A program made the position numbers and the translations under genes. This document shows positions 26,701-38,700 of a DNA stretch of 64,000 bases, one piece after another; position 1 is the first letter of the stretch; each line of letters opens with the position of its first letter. The notes under the pieces were generated by a model that was not told where the DNA came from, did no database searches, and saw only the letters and a program-made list of their open reading frames with translations. The DNA is from Lama guanicoe (Eukaryota). Location of the stretch: contig MU053482.1 of NCBI GenBank assembly GCA_013239625.1, positions 409,168 through 473,167 on the forward strand, in the 5' to 3' direction.

Positions 26701-29700
26701 AGTAACTTCTATTCTCTGCACAGGAACCCTAACTAATAAATTCTCTTGGGTCTGGTACTGTGTTTATGATGTAGATGTACATGTGAACTGACTCATGAGC
26801 AGGGAGTATGTGTGTGTGTGTGTGTGTGTAATGTAGGTGAACACATTCAGGATAGAGGGAGAGGTTGGTGTGGTCCCTGGAGGGCACTCATGGACAATTA
26901 TGGCATGTACCCCACTAGAAGAAGATGAAGAGGAAGACTTGGACACGGAATTTGTGATGCCCAAGTTCCAGGGCCAGCACAGCGATGCTGTGGACATCTT
27001 CTGTGGCCCGAATATAGGATTGGTATGGCCCTGGAAGACTCACACAATTACTGAAGCCCTGGAGGTCCGTGGGTACCGGCTGCGGGGCCAGTACCTGCCC
27101 CCCAATTATAAGCAGCTACAAGAGGACCTGGACAACAACCCTCGAATCCAGCAGGCACTGGCTGTGCAACAGGCCCTGCTAAAGGCAAGAAAAGAGGTTT
27201 AAGGAGTGGGATACTGGCCACCAGTTCCGATCACAGCCACCCACGTCTGCCCTAAGCACCTTGTCTGCCCCTAGGGCATGCTGCAGGAGGTGCAGGAATT
27301 CTGCAGGAACCATCACTGGATGACAGGCATTTACGAATTCTTGCAGGCCTGGGGGCCTCAGAAGCTGGAGTCTATGAGAGGCTGTCCTATCAAGAACTAC
27401 GGGATGCTGGTGAGCTGCCTGAACGATTGGCAGGGCCGTGTCTCCAGTATACCCTGGGAGTTGATCACAAAGGGCAGGTTGCTACGGCTGAACTGCCACC
27501 GCGTACAGGTAGAGTTGGGTGAGTACTTATCCCCCCTCCTTTCCTTCAGCATCCTTACCTTCTCCACATGGCCCTCCTTGCACCTTCAGTGTCGTCCGGG
27601 GACCTTTGGGGCCGGCCCCTCCTCATTGGACTTGTGGAGCCTCCTAAAGCCCCAGGTCCCAGCCCCTTCCCTTTGTAACTGAAGGTGTGATCACTCCAGA
27701 GGACAGCCTCTCCATCTGTTCTGGCTCTGCCCATTCCCCATACTCCTTAGGAATCATGTTCCTGCACCTGCAACTTTCAATTCTTATGGTGTAGAAATAG
27801 TTCAAACCAGATGTAACTGAGAAAAAGCCTTGCCTGCTCCTTAGGCTCAGAGAATTCTGTTTCTTTACAGAGATTCTCAGGAATCAGAGGTGCCCTCTCC
27901 CCACACGTAGCAGTCAAAATTGACACTACAATTTGCATGTGTAAAAAAGTTACTCCCTTTAACTGATCTTGGCTTACTCCGAAATTCTGCTGATGGTGAA
28001 TGAAGAACATTCAGTTGGCCCCCTGTATCTGCACGTTCTGCATCCGTGTATAAAATTCAAGAAGTTCCAAAACTTGAATTCACCACACACTGACAACTAT
28101 TTACATAGCATTTACATCATATTAGGTATCATAAGTAATCTAGAGATGACTTAAAGGATACAGGAGGAATCGCTTATATGTGGAATCTGAGGGAAAAAAA
28201 GAAAGAACACAAATTAACTTATCTACAAAACAGAAACAGACTCACAGACATAGAGAACAAACCTATGGTTACCAGGAGGTAAAGGGGATGGGAAGGGATA
28301 AATTGGGAATTTGAAAATTGCACCTTTTGGGGAGTGATGGAAATGTTAGCTATCTTGATTGTGGCAGTGGTTTCATTGGTGTATATACATCTGTCAAAAT
28401 TCATCAAACTGTACATTAGAAGTCTGTGTAGTTTACTGTACAGGAACCATACCACAGTAAAGGTGTTAAAAAAATAAAGTATACGGGAGGATGTACATAG
28501 GTTAAATGCAAACACTACGTGGTTCCTCTCCTACCTGGGCTCCCTTGAACAGTGAATGACATAATCACCCAGTCTTGTGAATTGGCCTCACCAGAAACGG
28601 GTATCCTTTACTCTTCCCTCTCCCTCACTCCACCACACCCGACCTGTCACCAAATCCTTTCCATTTTTCTGCCTCCTTAAATATCTCTCAGGTTCTGTTC
28701 TCCATCCAGCTCTGACTTCTAACCTTGATGAGCTCTGATGTTTTATCCATCCATTGCGCTCTTTTACCACACGGTGTCACTGTTGAGCTCCTCTGTCTTC
28801 ACCTGCCTGGTACTGTGGTCCCATCGCAATGGCCTAGTTACTGTCATGGGCCAGTGGGATAGTTTGAAAAGCTAAGTTCACATCTTTGTGTTCTGTTCAA
28901 CCTTGGGTGCCCCTCGAAGATTCCCCCTCTCTTGGTTGTCTCAGTCTCAGCTCTTGGTGCCGAGTCCTGTTGGTTATTTCCTCCAAAGCTCCCAAAGGTC
29001 CATTCCCAGTATGTCTCAATCTCTGCCCCTGGAATTCACTATCCCACTTTGTTGCAGGCGTGCTCATGGAGGATAAGTCAATTTACTTTTCATCCCTCAA
29101 AACATGAAACGTAACAGAATGGAGCCAGGCTCCCAGAGTTTGAATCCTTGCTCTGCCATTGTGTGATGCTGATGAAGTTATTTAACCTCTCTGAGCCTCA
29201 GTTTGCTTATCTGTAAAATAGGGACAATAAAATAGTATTTGGCATGTAGTAAGCACTCTGTAACTGTATTTCGTGATGCACTGCATATCCTACTTCTGTA
29301 TTGTATTTTGCTGTTCTGTACGTATTTTATCATCTCTGAACTTAAGAGGTGTATTATGACTGATGGCATGTCCAAGTTTAGATGCCATCATTTTTGGGGT
29401 TTTGGTGATTTATTTAAAATAATGGTGTTTCTTACAATCAGTGGTATCTTGGGTTTGATGAAGTATCAGTATTATTCCTGTCCTCGGAGACAGTGGAGTT
29501 GTTCATATTGCCAAAGGCAGCTTCCAAGGTTATCTTCTAGCCCCAAATCCACCTGACAGCTTCTTTCTTTTAATCCTTAAAAACAAAAGACAGATTACAC
29601 ACTCCTCTTGGTACCTCTTCTACTGGAGCAGAGGCAGTGAGACTCCCCAGACAGAAAATTTTTGTCCCTGGTGGGCATTCTGCTATTCATGGACACAGCT

Positions 29701-32700
29701 TTCCTGTGCCTTCGCATGTGCTTTCATCCACTTGGCGTGCCCCTTGGAGCCTTAACCACTCAATACATTTGGCTCCAATGTCCACTTCCCAAGGAAGCCT
29801 TCCCCAGCCTCCTCAGGCCTCCTCCCCATTCACTGTGCCAGGTTGAGGGCTCCTTGAAGAACATTTATCACACTGATAGGTGGTTGTCCATTTATACGTC
29901 TGTCTCTGCCACCATGTTGTGAGCTGCTGAGTGGGAACCCTTTCTATCTCATTATTCTTGTCTACCAGTGGCCAGCCCAGGCCCCAGTGCACTGCAGCTG
30001 ACTGGACACTGAGCAGGGGTCCAGTAAGTATTCAGTGAGCAAGGAAATGAATTCATGGTCTGCTTCCCCTTCAACCTGCTCCTACTCGGGACCTCCAGCA
30101 CTCCCCCAGCACTGCAACCCCTCATGCCTTCCTCTCTTGTGTCTTCAGAAGCCAAGCTGGAGAACATCAGGAAGGACATTCTTGAGCAGGTACAGAATGA
30201 GTGCCGGAACCGCAGTCAGCAGCTGATAACAGAGCTGACAGATTTCATGAAGGTCTTCCAGACCATCAACTCAGACATCCACGCCATCGCATGGTGCTCC
30301 CAGAAGGTGGGTTCTCCACACCCTTCCTTCCCAGCTTGTCCAGGGCCCGCCCCGCCTCATGCTCAGCACACTTCCTTCAGGTCTCAGCTGAGCTCCCGGT
30401 GGGGCTTGCTGCTCTTCAACTGTGCTCACATGTGTGACCTGCCCTCACCAATTCTCACCCTGTTTGTGAGACCCTCGGTTTCCTCCCCCAGGGGGAGGCC
30501 CTGGTGTGATAAGACAGATACAGTGCTGCTTTCAGAGACAGAGTTCTGCTCTCTGGACAGTCAGGTAGGGGGCGATTGCCCTGTCATCAGAGTTGTTGGG
30601 GGAGGGACTGTGCTGTCTTTGGGGAGACCTAAGTCACATGGGGGACCTGATCCCAGACTGCCCTGATCCCGGTTGGTTAAAAGGTGCCTGCTGGCTTCTG
30701 GAGACTCTAGCAGGTGGGAGTGCCCCCCAGGGATGGGCGCAGAGAGGTGCGCAGGTCTCATGCTAAAGTCCCTGCAGTTGAACGAGGCCAACGAGAGGTA
30801 CATGAAACTGGAGGAGCGAATGGAATACACACGGTCACTCTATGAGCTCATCCGCAACCGCTTTAGCCTCTTCAGTACTGAGGATGAGGCGCTGGACATC
30901 TTGGTGAGAAGGCGGTCGGGAGTTGCCGGTCCCTCTCGGTGCCCCTCCTCCACAACCACGTCTGCTTGACCACCGGCTGCCTGCCTTACAGCTTCTGGAC
31001 ACGTGGGAGGCATTCCAGTTTGAGAAAAGCCAGGCCTCAGAGTTCCTGCTCAGCAAGCGACATGCCATCATGCCCAAGCTGCAGCAGCTGATGGCAGCGG
31101 CCCTGGCGGAGCTGGAGGGCCTGATTGAGAAGGCCCTTTCCGGTCCCTTCATGGACCCTGCCCAGGAGCAGAGGAGCACCGAGCGCCATCTCATCTCCCT
31201 GGAGCGTCAGTTCCAGAACACAGCCGGCCGCCTCAGCGAACTGCACCACGCCTATTCCACCTTCACTGGTACCGGGGGTCCCGCCCCTTCCACCATCACC
31301 CTGAGATGGGCCCTCCCACTGAGATCAGGGTTGAGACTCAGGGTCACCTGCATCCCAGGTGACCCTAAGCAAGACTCAGGAATCACATGTCTTCATTTTA
31401 GTCCCTTTTATAAATGAAAATTGTAGTACAAAATCTAAATACATTGGGTATGTCAAGTGTTGTGCTTAGGGTTGAGATACCGGGGGCTCACAGTCTGGAA
31501 GGGAAGGCAAGTAGGTGAGTGTTCCACCAGAATGTGATGGGGTCAGAGGACTGAAAGCCTGTGCAGGAGAAATGTAAAGGTGTGCTCATTGTAAATCTTA
31601 GCCTTTGTGTAGCCTGTTCAGCCCAGCCCTACACCAGGCAGCAGGCCCCCGGTAAAGGGGCTCTTGGTGCTCCACAGCCACTGCTTCCAGCCAAGGGTCT
31701 ATAAAGAGGTGGCTGGTGAGGGCCTCACTGGCCCATACGAGGAGGCAGGACAGAACTACTGGCCTTAGCCCTTCTGTGCAGTGGTGCAGCTAGGCTGGTT
31801 CTCTTGTGCACGTAAAGAACTTGTGGGCTCAGGTTTCTTTTCTCAGGTACTGTCACTTCTGTCAGTCACTAGGATCCCTTGGAAGGACGCATTCCTTCTG
31901 AGTTGCCTCTTGGCTAACTGCCGACTATTACCATCTCTGCCTGTGGGATCCTCAATCCCAGGGAGGGCCCTTTGGCCAAATGTGAGGTGGAGGACACTCT
32001 GGGACCGTCCTCAAACAAGGGATTACTCTTTGATCAAGTATTGGGAGACCCTCATCCTCTACTCTGACTGATACACACTACAGACCTTGACCTCTCCTGC
32101 TACTGGTTGGGATATTTGTGGGTCTCTAGCTAGATCTTTTGATTTCAGACAAAGGAAGATTTAAAAAGTTTTAATTTACTTTTTTTTGTTTATGTGTATG
32201 TGGGGTTTTGTTTGTTTGTTTTGGTCAGATCAGAGCTCTGATAGCCTGGTGATTCTCAGTCTTTAAGTATTCTGACTACTGTGATTAATGATGCTTACAT
32301 GATAAGACATATGATTCTCAGCATTTGGGTGTAAATTTTCCCTTTTTCTCTCACTCAAGAAGGTACACTGGAACTCAGGTGAATGAGACTGACAGTTTTA
32401 TTGTAATATTCTTTTTTAAAAAATCATTTATTTATTTTTAACAGAAGTACTGGGGATTGAACCCAGGACCTTGTGTATGCTAAGCACACACTCTACCACT
32501 GAGCCATACCCTCCCCATTATCATAATATTCTTGAATCTGGTCTGATGTCTTTTCAGCAAATTGCAAACCTCACTACTATAATTGTTATTAATTACAAAT
32601 TACTTTTGACATGTATCTCACAACTGAATGTAAATTTTGGCTAAGCACTAATGCAGTAACTTGTGAGATGAATGAGGGAATAATGGCCAGAGGCAAACAC

Positions 32701-35700
32701 AATAGGAAGCATCACCTTTTACCCCTATGGTCCTCCCTGTGGGCCAGGTCTCTTCTCATAGACATCTCACTGAACTCATCCGTTTGTCCAACACATACTT
32801 GCTGTGCACCAGGCTTGAGGTATACAGTGAGCAAGTGACAAAACCCCCCTGCCCTTATGAACTCAACATTCTAGTTGGGAGAGGAAGGCAAGTAATAAAC
32901 ATAAAATATAACCACATTTTGGAGTATGTTAGAAAGTGACAAGTGGTATAGAAGAAAGAGTACAGCAGGCAAAGAGGGGTCAGGAATGCCAGGGAGGGTG
33001 GCTGGCGGTTCTTAATGGGGTGGGCTGCATAGGCCTCATTCAGAAGGTGACATTTGAGCAAGGGCTTGAATTTGGTGAGGGCGTGGGCCATATGGTTCTC
33101 TGGGGGAAGAAATGAAAGAAATGAACTGCCAGTCAAAGGCCCTCAGCAGGAGAGAGTATGCCTGGTGTATCTGAGCAACAGTAAAGAGTGTGATGCAGAC
33201 AGAGTGAGGTGAGATGGAGACTAATAGAAGAGGAATCCTTCCCTTTGATCACCGTCACATTTTCGTAGATTTTCTTTCCTTGGACTAATTCTCCCTTGGA
33301 TCAGTGTATTGAACAATTTTGGATAATCCCCCCACCTCTGGCCCTTTCAGGACCCTCCCTTCTGCAGCTATGGACTCGTGACTGACCATGCCCCTTGATG
33401 CCCCCACCCCCTCCATCCCCCCCTCCTCTCCCGGACCCCAGCACAGAGCCCGGGTCTCAGCCAGCCCTACCCCACAGGGGACACGAGTCCTGTGCCCTTG
33501 CCAGTCTGTGGGACCCTTCCGATTGTGCAGCAGCAGCGCATCTGGCACCTGTACCGAGACATCTCTGAAAACATTAGCGAATGGAAGTGCATGGCCTTTG
33601 TCAAGGTGCTGACACCCTTCCTTGGAACTCCTGCCTGGGAATGGAGTGTCCTCAGGGGTGGGGGTGGGGGTGGGAATGGGTCTCCAGCTGCCTTTCTGCC
33701 TCCAGTTTAACCTGGCCATGGCCCAGGAGAAGACAGATGGCTGGCTGACGGAGGCCGCCCGGATGAGTGCCACCCTGGGGCTGCACAGTCCAGTTCTGCA
33801 GCACTGTATGCGCATGTTGGAGGAGTTTCGCAGCCTCCTGCCATTGATCACCAAACTGGGCAGCCTCCAGCCGCAGAACCACAACTTCCAAGCCCTCCTG
33901 CGAGGTGGGTTCGGGTAGAGTCAGAGGGGAGGGGAAGGGAAGGACATCCGGTTAGAACAATGGGACAACTCAGCTCCCTGTTGCTCCTTTTGGAAACACC
34001 TTTCCTCCCTGGGTTGCCCCTGGCCTTCTGCCATGCCACGTACCATAACCTCCTTCCCCTCACACAGGGACAAACATTTTTAACCCCCTGCACTTCCATG
34101 TGGGTCCTCTCTGCTGACCTGGGCTAGGCTTAGGCGGGAGTCTTAGCTTTGGACTCTAAGTTGTACTCTGGACCTTAGGTTCTGGGCCCCTGCCTCTCTG
34201 CTGGGCTTTGAGATCTGCTGTCTGGGAGCTGAGCTGGGCTGGGCTCTGGGATATGGGCTGGAATCTGCCAAATACCGAGTGTGATGCTAACTTGTTGTCC
34301 CTCTACCTCCAGCCTTAGGACTAGGCAGTCTCCACAACACTGAGCTCCTAACACTGGGCCAGCTGCTCACTTGTCCACTGCTGGAATTTGCAGATCGAAT
34401 CAATCAGGTGGGGCCCACCAGAGACAGGATAGTCCAAGTGCAGGGCCTATTTACTGAGCTCTAATAGAGCCAGTTAACGCCCAGCAGCCCCTTGAGACAA
34501 GGGGCAGCAGATACTGGCAGATGGGTGGGGGATTGAGATTGGTAGCCTGCCTGGAGGGTATGGGGATGTGATGGGTGATTCCAGACTCTCTGTGACTGAG
34601 AGTATGCCCTCCCCAAGGGAAGGAAGTGGGTGGCAGCCCCAAAGTTGTGGGCACACAGGGTAATAGATGTCCCCCAACATTTACCCTGTCCCAAAAGAGC
34701 CTGAGCTGTTGGAGGTACTGTCTGCTTAGCCGGGAACCTTGCAAAACAGTGGGTTTCAGGGCAGCAGCCTTAGGTCACAGTGTGCTGCTGGTGGCCTGTC
34801 TTTGATGCTGGTGGCCCCACTCTCCATCTCGGAGACCTTCACTGCCCTAAGCCCTGGCCCTCAAGTCCCAGCTCCGAGGCTATCCCCACAGCCATTACAC
34901 AGTCCTGGTTCCTGAGACTGAGCTGTTCCAGATCTGGCAGTGTGAAAACGAACGGATCCATGCCCAAGAGGCCCTCCTGCAGCTGCAGCGGGCCTGGGAA
35001 GCGCGCCAGCTGCGGCTGCTCAACTTCATCCTGCACATGCCGTACGAGCCCCCCGCCTCAGAGCGCTCCAGGAGACAAGCGCTCCGCAGCCCCCAGTGGG
35101 AGGTCATGGGCAAGGACAGTGGCACCTTCATCCTTTCAGGTGAGACCCAGCCCTTGTGGCCCAGTGAAAGCTCCCTCACCTTGCGGAGAGCCATATTCAT
35201 CCACCCAGCCCTGCCAGAGCTGGTTTCTCTAGCCACCCCCACCTCCCAAACTCCTGGACAGCCTGAGCCATCAGTCTGTTCTGAGACAATACCTTCCATG
35301 TAGCTCCCATACAGTCTTAACCTTCTTGGGAGCCCCCTGCCCCCTCCCTCCTGCCCAGTGCCTGGCCTCTTCAGCAGAGGTCCCCCCCTTTCTGGGTGTG
35401 CTAAGAAATTCCTCATGATCACATCTCTCCAGCTTTCAATGCTCCATCCTTTAGATGCCTGCTGCTATCTGTTCTTTTGCCCTACTCATTCATTCCTTTT
35501 TCATTCCCTCCCTCACCTGCCTCCTCTAAGCTGAACCCAGGAGACCCTGAGATTTACAGACTGGAGTCCTGTCCCTTGTGAGCTCCTGGTCTGGTGAGAG
35601 AGGGACAATAGAATAGAGATAAATGCATGATGGAGCACTTAACTGAGGGTAACAGATGCTCAGAAAGAGGATGGATTTCAAAGGACCAGGACAGTCAGAG

Positions 35701-38700
35701 GAATCTTCCCTTCTCTTAGGCAAAGGCCTCATGCTGACTTCTGAAGGAGCAGGAATTTGCCAAACTTGCAAGGGAAGAAGGGCATGCCAGGCAGAGAGAA
35801 TAGCATATGTACAGGCCCCTAAGATGGTTAATTAGGGAAGTGTGTAGGGGAGAAGTGCTCTTATGCAACACAACTGCAACCCAACTGGCAAATTTAGGAA
35901 GTTAGTTAAATAGGGAAATCGTAAAATATGCATACATTGCTTACGATTTTTATTTTAGCTTGAGTCATATAACGTGCACTTATTTACTAACCCTTTAACC
36001 TAAGGACAAGAGCTTTTCTTTGATTTGCAATCAACTAACAGAAGTTCCTTACTGCCTTTCTTGCGTTAATGCATCACCTGCTATTTCCGCTTTAGTTTCT
36101 GTAAAGTTGAGCAGTGACATGAAGACACTTGTGAAGTTATCTGAGCCCAGGACTTTTCTAGATTTTTATTACAGTTTTAGAATTCAAAAAAAAAATTGAC
36201 TTGCTGTTTAATACCATGTTTTCATTAGTTCACCTTTGCTGAAGCCTGCCCTAGTTTCCATAGAACCAGCAACTCTCTTTCTACCCGTATTTCAGTAGTT
36301 AACAGACTATTAGAGTAAATTCTGTCATTTAAATTATAGCTCCCATAATCGGAAGTCACATAAACAGGTTTGCAAATATAATCTGACTCTTGGTGAGCAT
36401 GCAGTTCAACTAGTGGAAGAAAAAAATATTTGTGTTTTCTAGAGACTAGTTTGAGATCTGTGAGTTTCAGTGGATTTGGGGAATCAGTCACCCTTGCCCC
36501 ATCTGACTGCCAGCTCAGCTTAGCTCAGCTCAGCTGGAGCCCCCTCTTCCTCAGATTACAGCAGCTTGCAGGATTCTATCCAGGAAAGTCTTCAAGTATT
36601 GTGCAAGATCCTGGCCATCCAGAAGTCCGGAGAATTAAACAGAAGGGCTTTGGAGTGGGTGACCATCATGCATGACCTGGGTGAGTGCAGGCGTCTAACT
36701 GAGCTGATGGGTGGGACCTGAGGCAAGATGGCCCAGAAGGATGGGGTGAGAGGTGAGGGCCGGGCGAGGACAGAGTGAGGACCTCTTTCAGGGCTACTTC
36801 TTGGGCTGAAGTGACCAGATACTTGTTCCTGGTGTTAGGTTTTCTCTCCTTAGAGCAAGGTCCCTGGGTCCTGCTAAGCAGAGTTTTTTGGGGGTAGGGC
36901 ACTCCAAGAGAGCAGGAGCAGGCTGGACCCCCTTGCAGAAGCCAGAACCCTAGTCTCCCTCCAGTGTTGCTCTGGCTGCTCTCACAGGTGCCCTGCTGGA
37001 GGTGTGGGTGAGCTTCCAGCAGAAGTGGATCTTTCTGAATAAAGTTCTGCATGAGATGAAGATCCAGTTTCCTAGTTCTGACCTGGTAGGAAAGGTGGGT
37101 GTGGCTGGGTGGACAAGTGCTCAGGGTGAGAGGGAGGCGCCGCCCTCACTCTGACCCTCTCCCTCCCCACAGAGCTCCCGTTTCAAGGCCATGGATGAGC
37201 AGTATCGGACCCTGATGCAGATCTCTGTCACTGATCCCCTGGTTCTGTCACTCATCGTGCCCAGTGCCAAGCGCAGCCCTTCCTTCCAAGGCCAGCAGCT
37301 GCAGCAGCTGCTGCAAGCTGGCTCCGTGGAGCTGGAAGGGATCATCATGGCTCTGGAGAGTGTGCTGTACGGCGTGTGCGCTCAGTTCCCCCGCCTCTTC
37401 TTCCTCAGCGACAGTGAGCTGGTGGCCCTGCTGGCTGCCCCTCTGGAGTCCTGTGAGGCCCAGCTGTGGGTCCGACGCTGCTTTCCTCACGTGCGGGCCA
37501 TGCTCTTCAACTTCAGCCAAACTGATAAAAACATGGGTGGCCGGCAGTCAAGCCCAAGCACGCAGACACAGGTGGAGGCACTTGCAGTGCTCGGGGCCGG
37601 TGGGGAGGAGGTGAAGCTGCAGGGGCCCCTTCCCCTGCATCCATATCTCCCCAAGTGGTTGGCCTGTCTGGAGAAGTGTCTGCGTGTGGCACTGGTGCAC
37701 ATGCTGCAGGACTGCGTGGCTGCCCGCCTTGCTCTGAGCCCGTCCCTAGACAAGGCCTTCAAGCAGCTGCCCCAGCAAAGCCAGTTGCCCCCACAACTGT
37801 ATGTCCAGCACTGGCTGGACTTGGTCCAGGCCTTCCCGTGGCAGTGTGTGCTGGTGGCAGAGGAGGTGGTGTGGCGGGTCCACATGGAGGAGGCTCTGCT
37901 TGAGGGGAAGACCCTGGCAGTGGTCCCCATGCACGTGCGGAAGCTTGAGGTCCTGGTACGTTTTTTGCAGGCCCAGAGGGCCTCTCAGGGTGAGCAGCCC
38001 CTGCCCTCTGTCCGCCAGACCAGCCTGCTCAGTGCCCTGCTGGTCATGGCGGTGACTCACCGGGATATAGCGCAGCTGCTGCAGGAGCACCAGGTCAGCG
38101 ATCTGACCGACTTCCACTGGGCCCGCCAACTCAAGTATCACCTGGGTTCACCTCCCACTACCCTCCAGAAACCCCCCCAGAGTCCCAAGTCCTTTGCATC
38201 TTCTGAGACTTCTCTGTCACCAGCTGCATGCTGGGTAGATGTACTGGGCCGGTCTTTCCTGTACAATTATGAGTACCTGGGTCCCAGACTGGGGTCTCTA
38301 CCCAACCTGTTGCCTGAGCGGCCAGCCCTAGTGCTGTTATTGGCCCTGGAAGAGGTGACCTGTGGGACCCTACTGGGCCCTGATGGTGTGGGCAAGGCAG
38401 CCACGGTGCAGAACCTGGCACAGGCCCTGGGGCGCCAGCTGGTGATGATGCCCTGCCTGCCTCACATAGAGGCCCGAAGCCTGAGCAGCTACCTGAATGG
38501 TGCCCTGCAGGGTGGTGCCTGGCTGCTGTTAGAGGCAGCTCAGCGCTTGCCCCTGGGCTTGCTCTCTGCCCTGGGCCAGCGCTTGGCTGAACTGCACCAC
38601 CTCTATGCCCCACTGTACCAGGAGGCTTCCCGAAGTACCAGCACTGTTGACCCCACCCACCCCCAGCTCCTCGGCAGTGGCTGCTTTGAGAAACATCACG

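Noticed and set aside
35860..36500. AT-rich block in intron 18 with an 88-aa minus-strand ORF
   Set aside because: No recognisable homology or terminal repeats; probably an old repeat, cannot support a call.
37086..37172. 87-nt intron as an in-frame retained intron
   Set aside because: Contains an in-frame TGA, so retention would truncate the protein.
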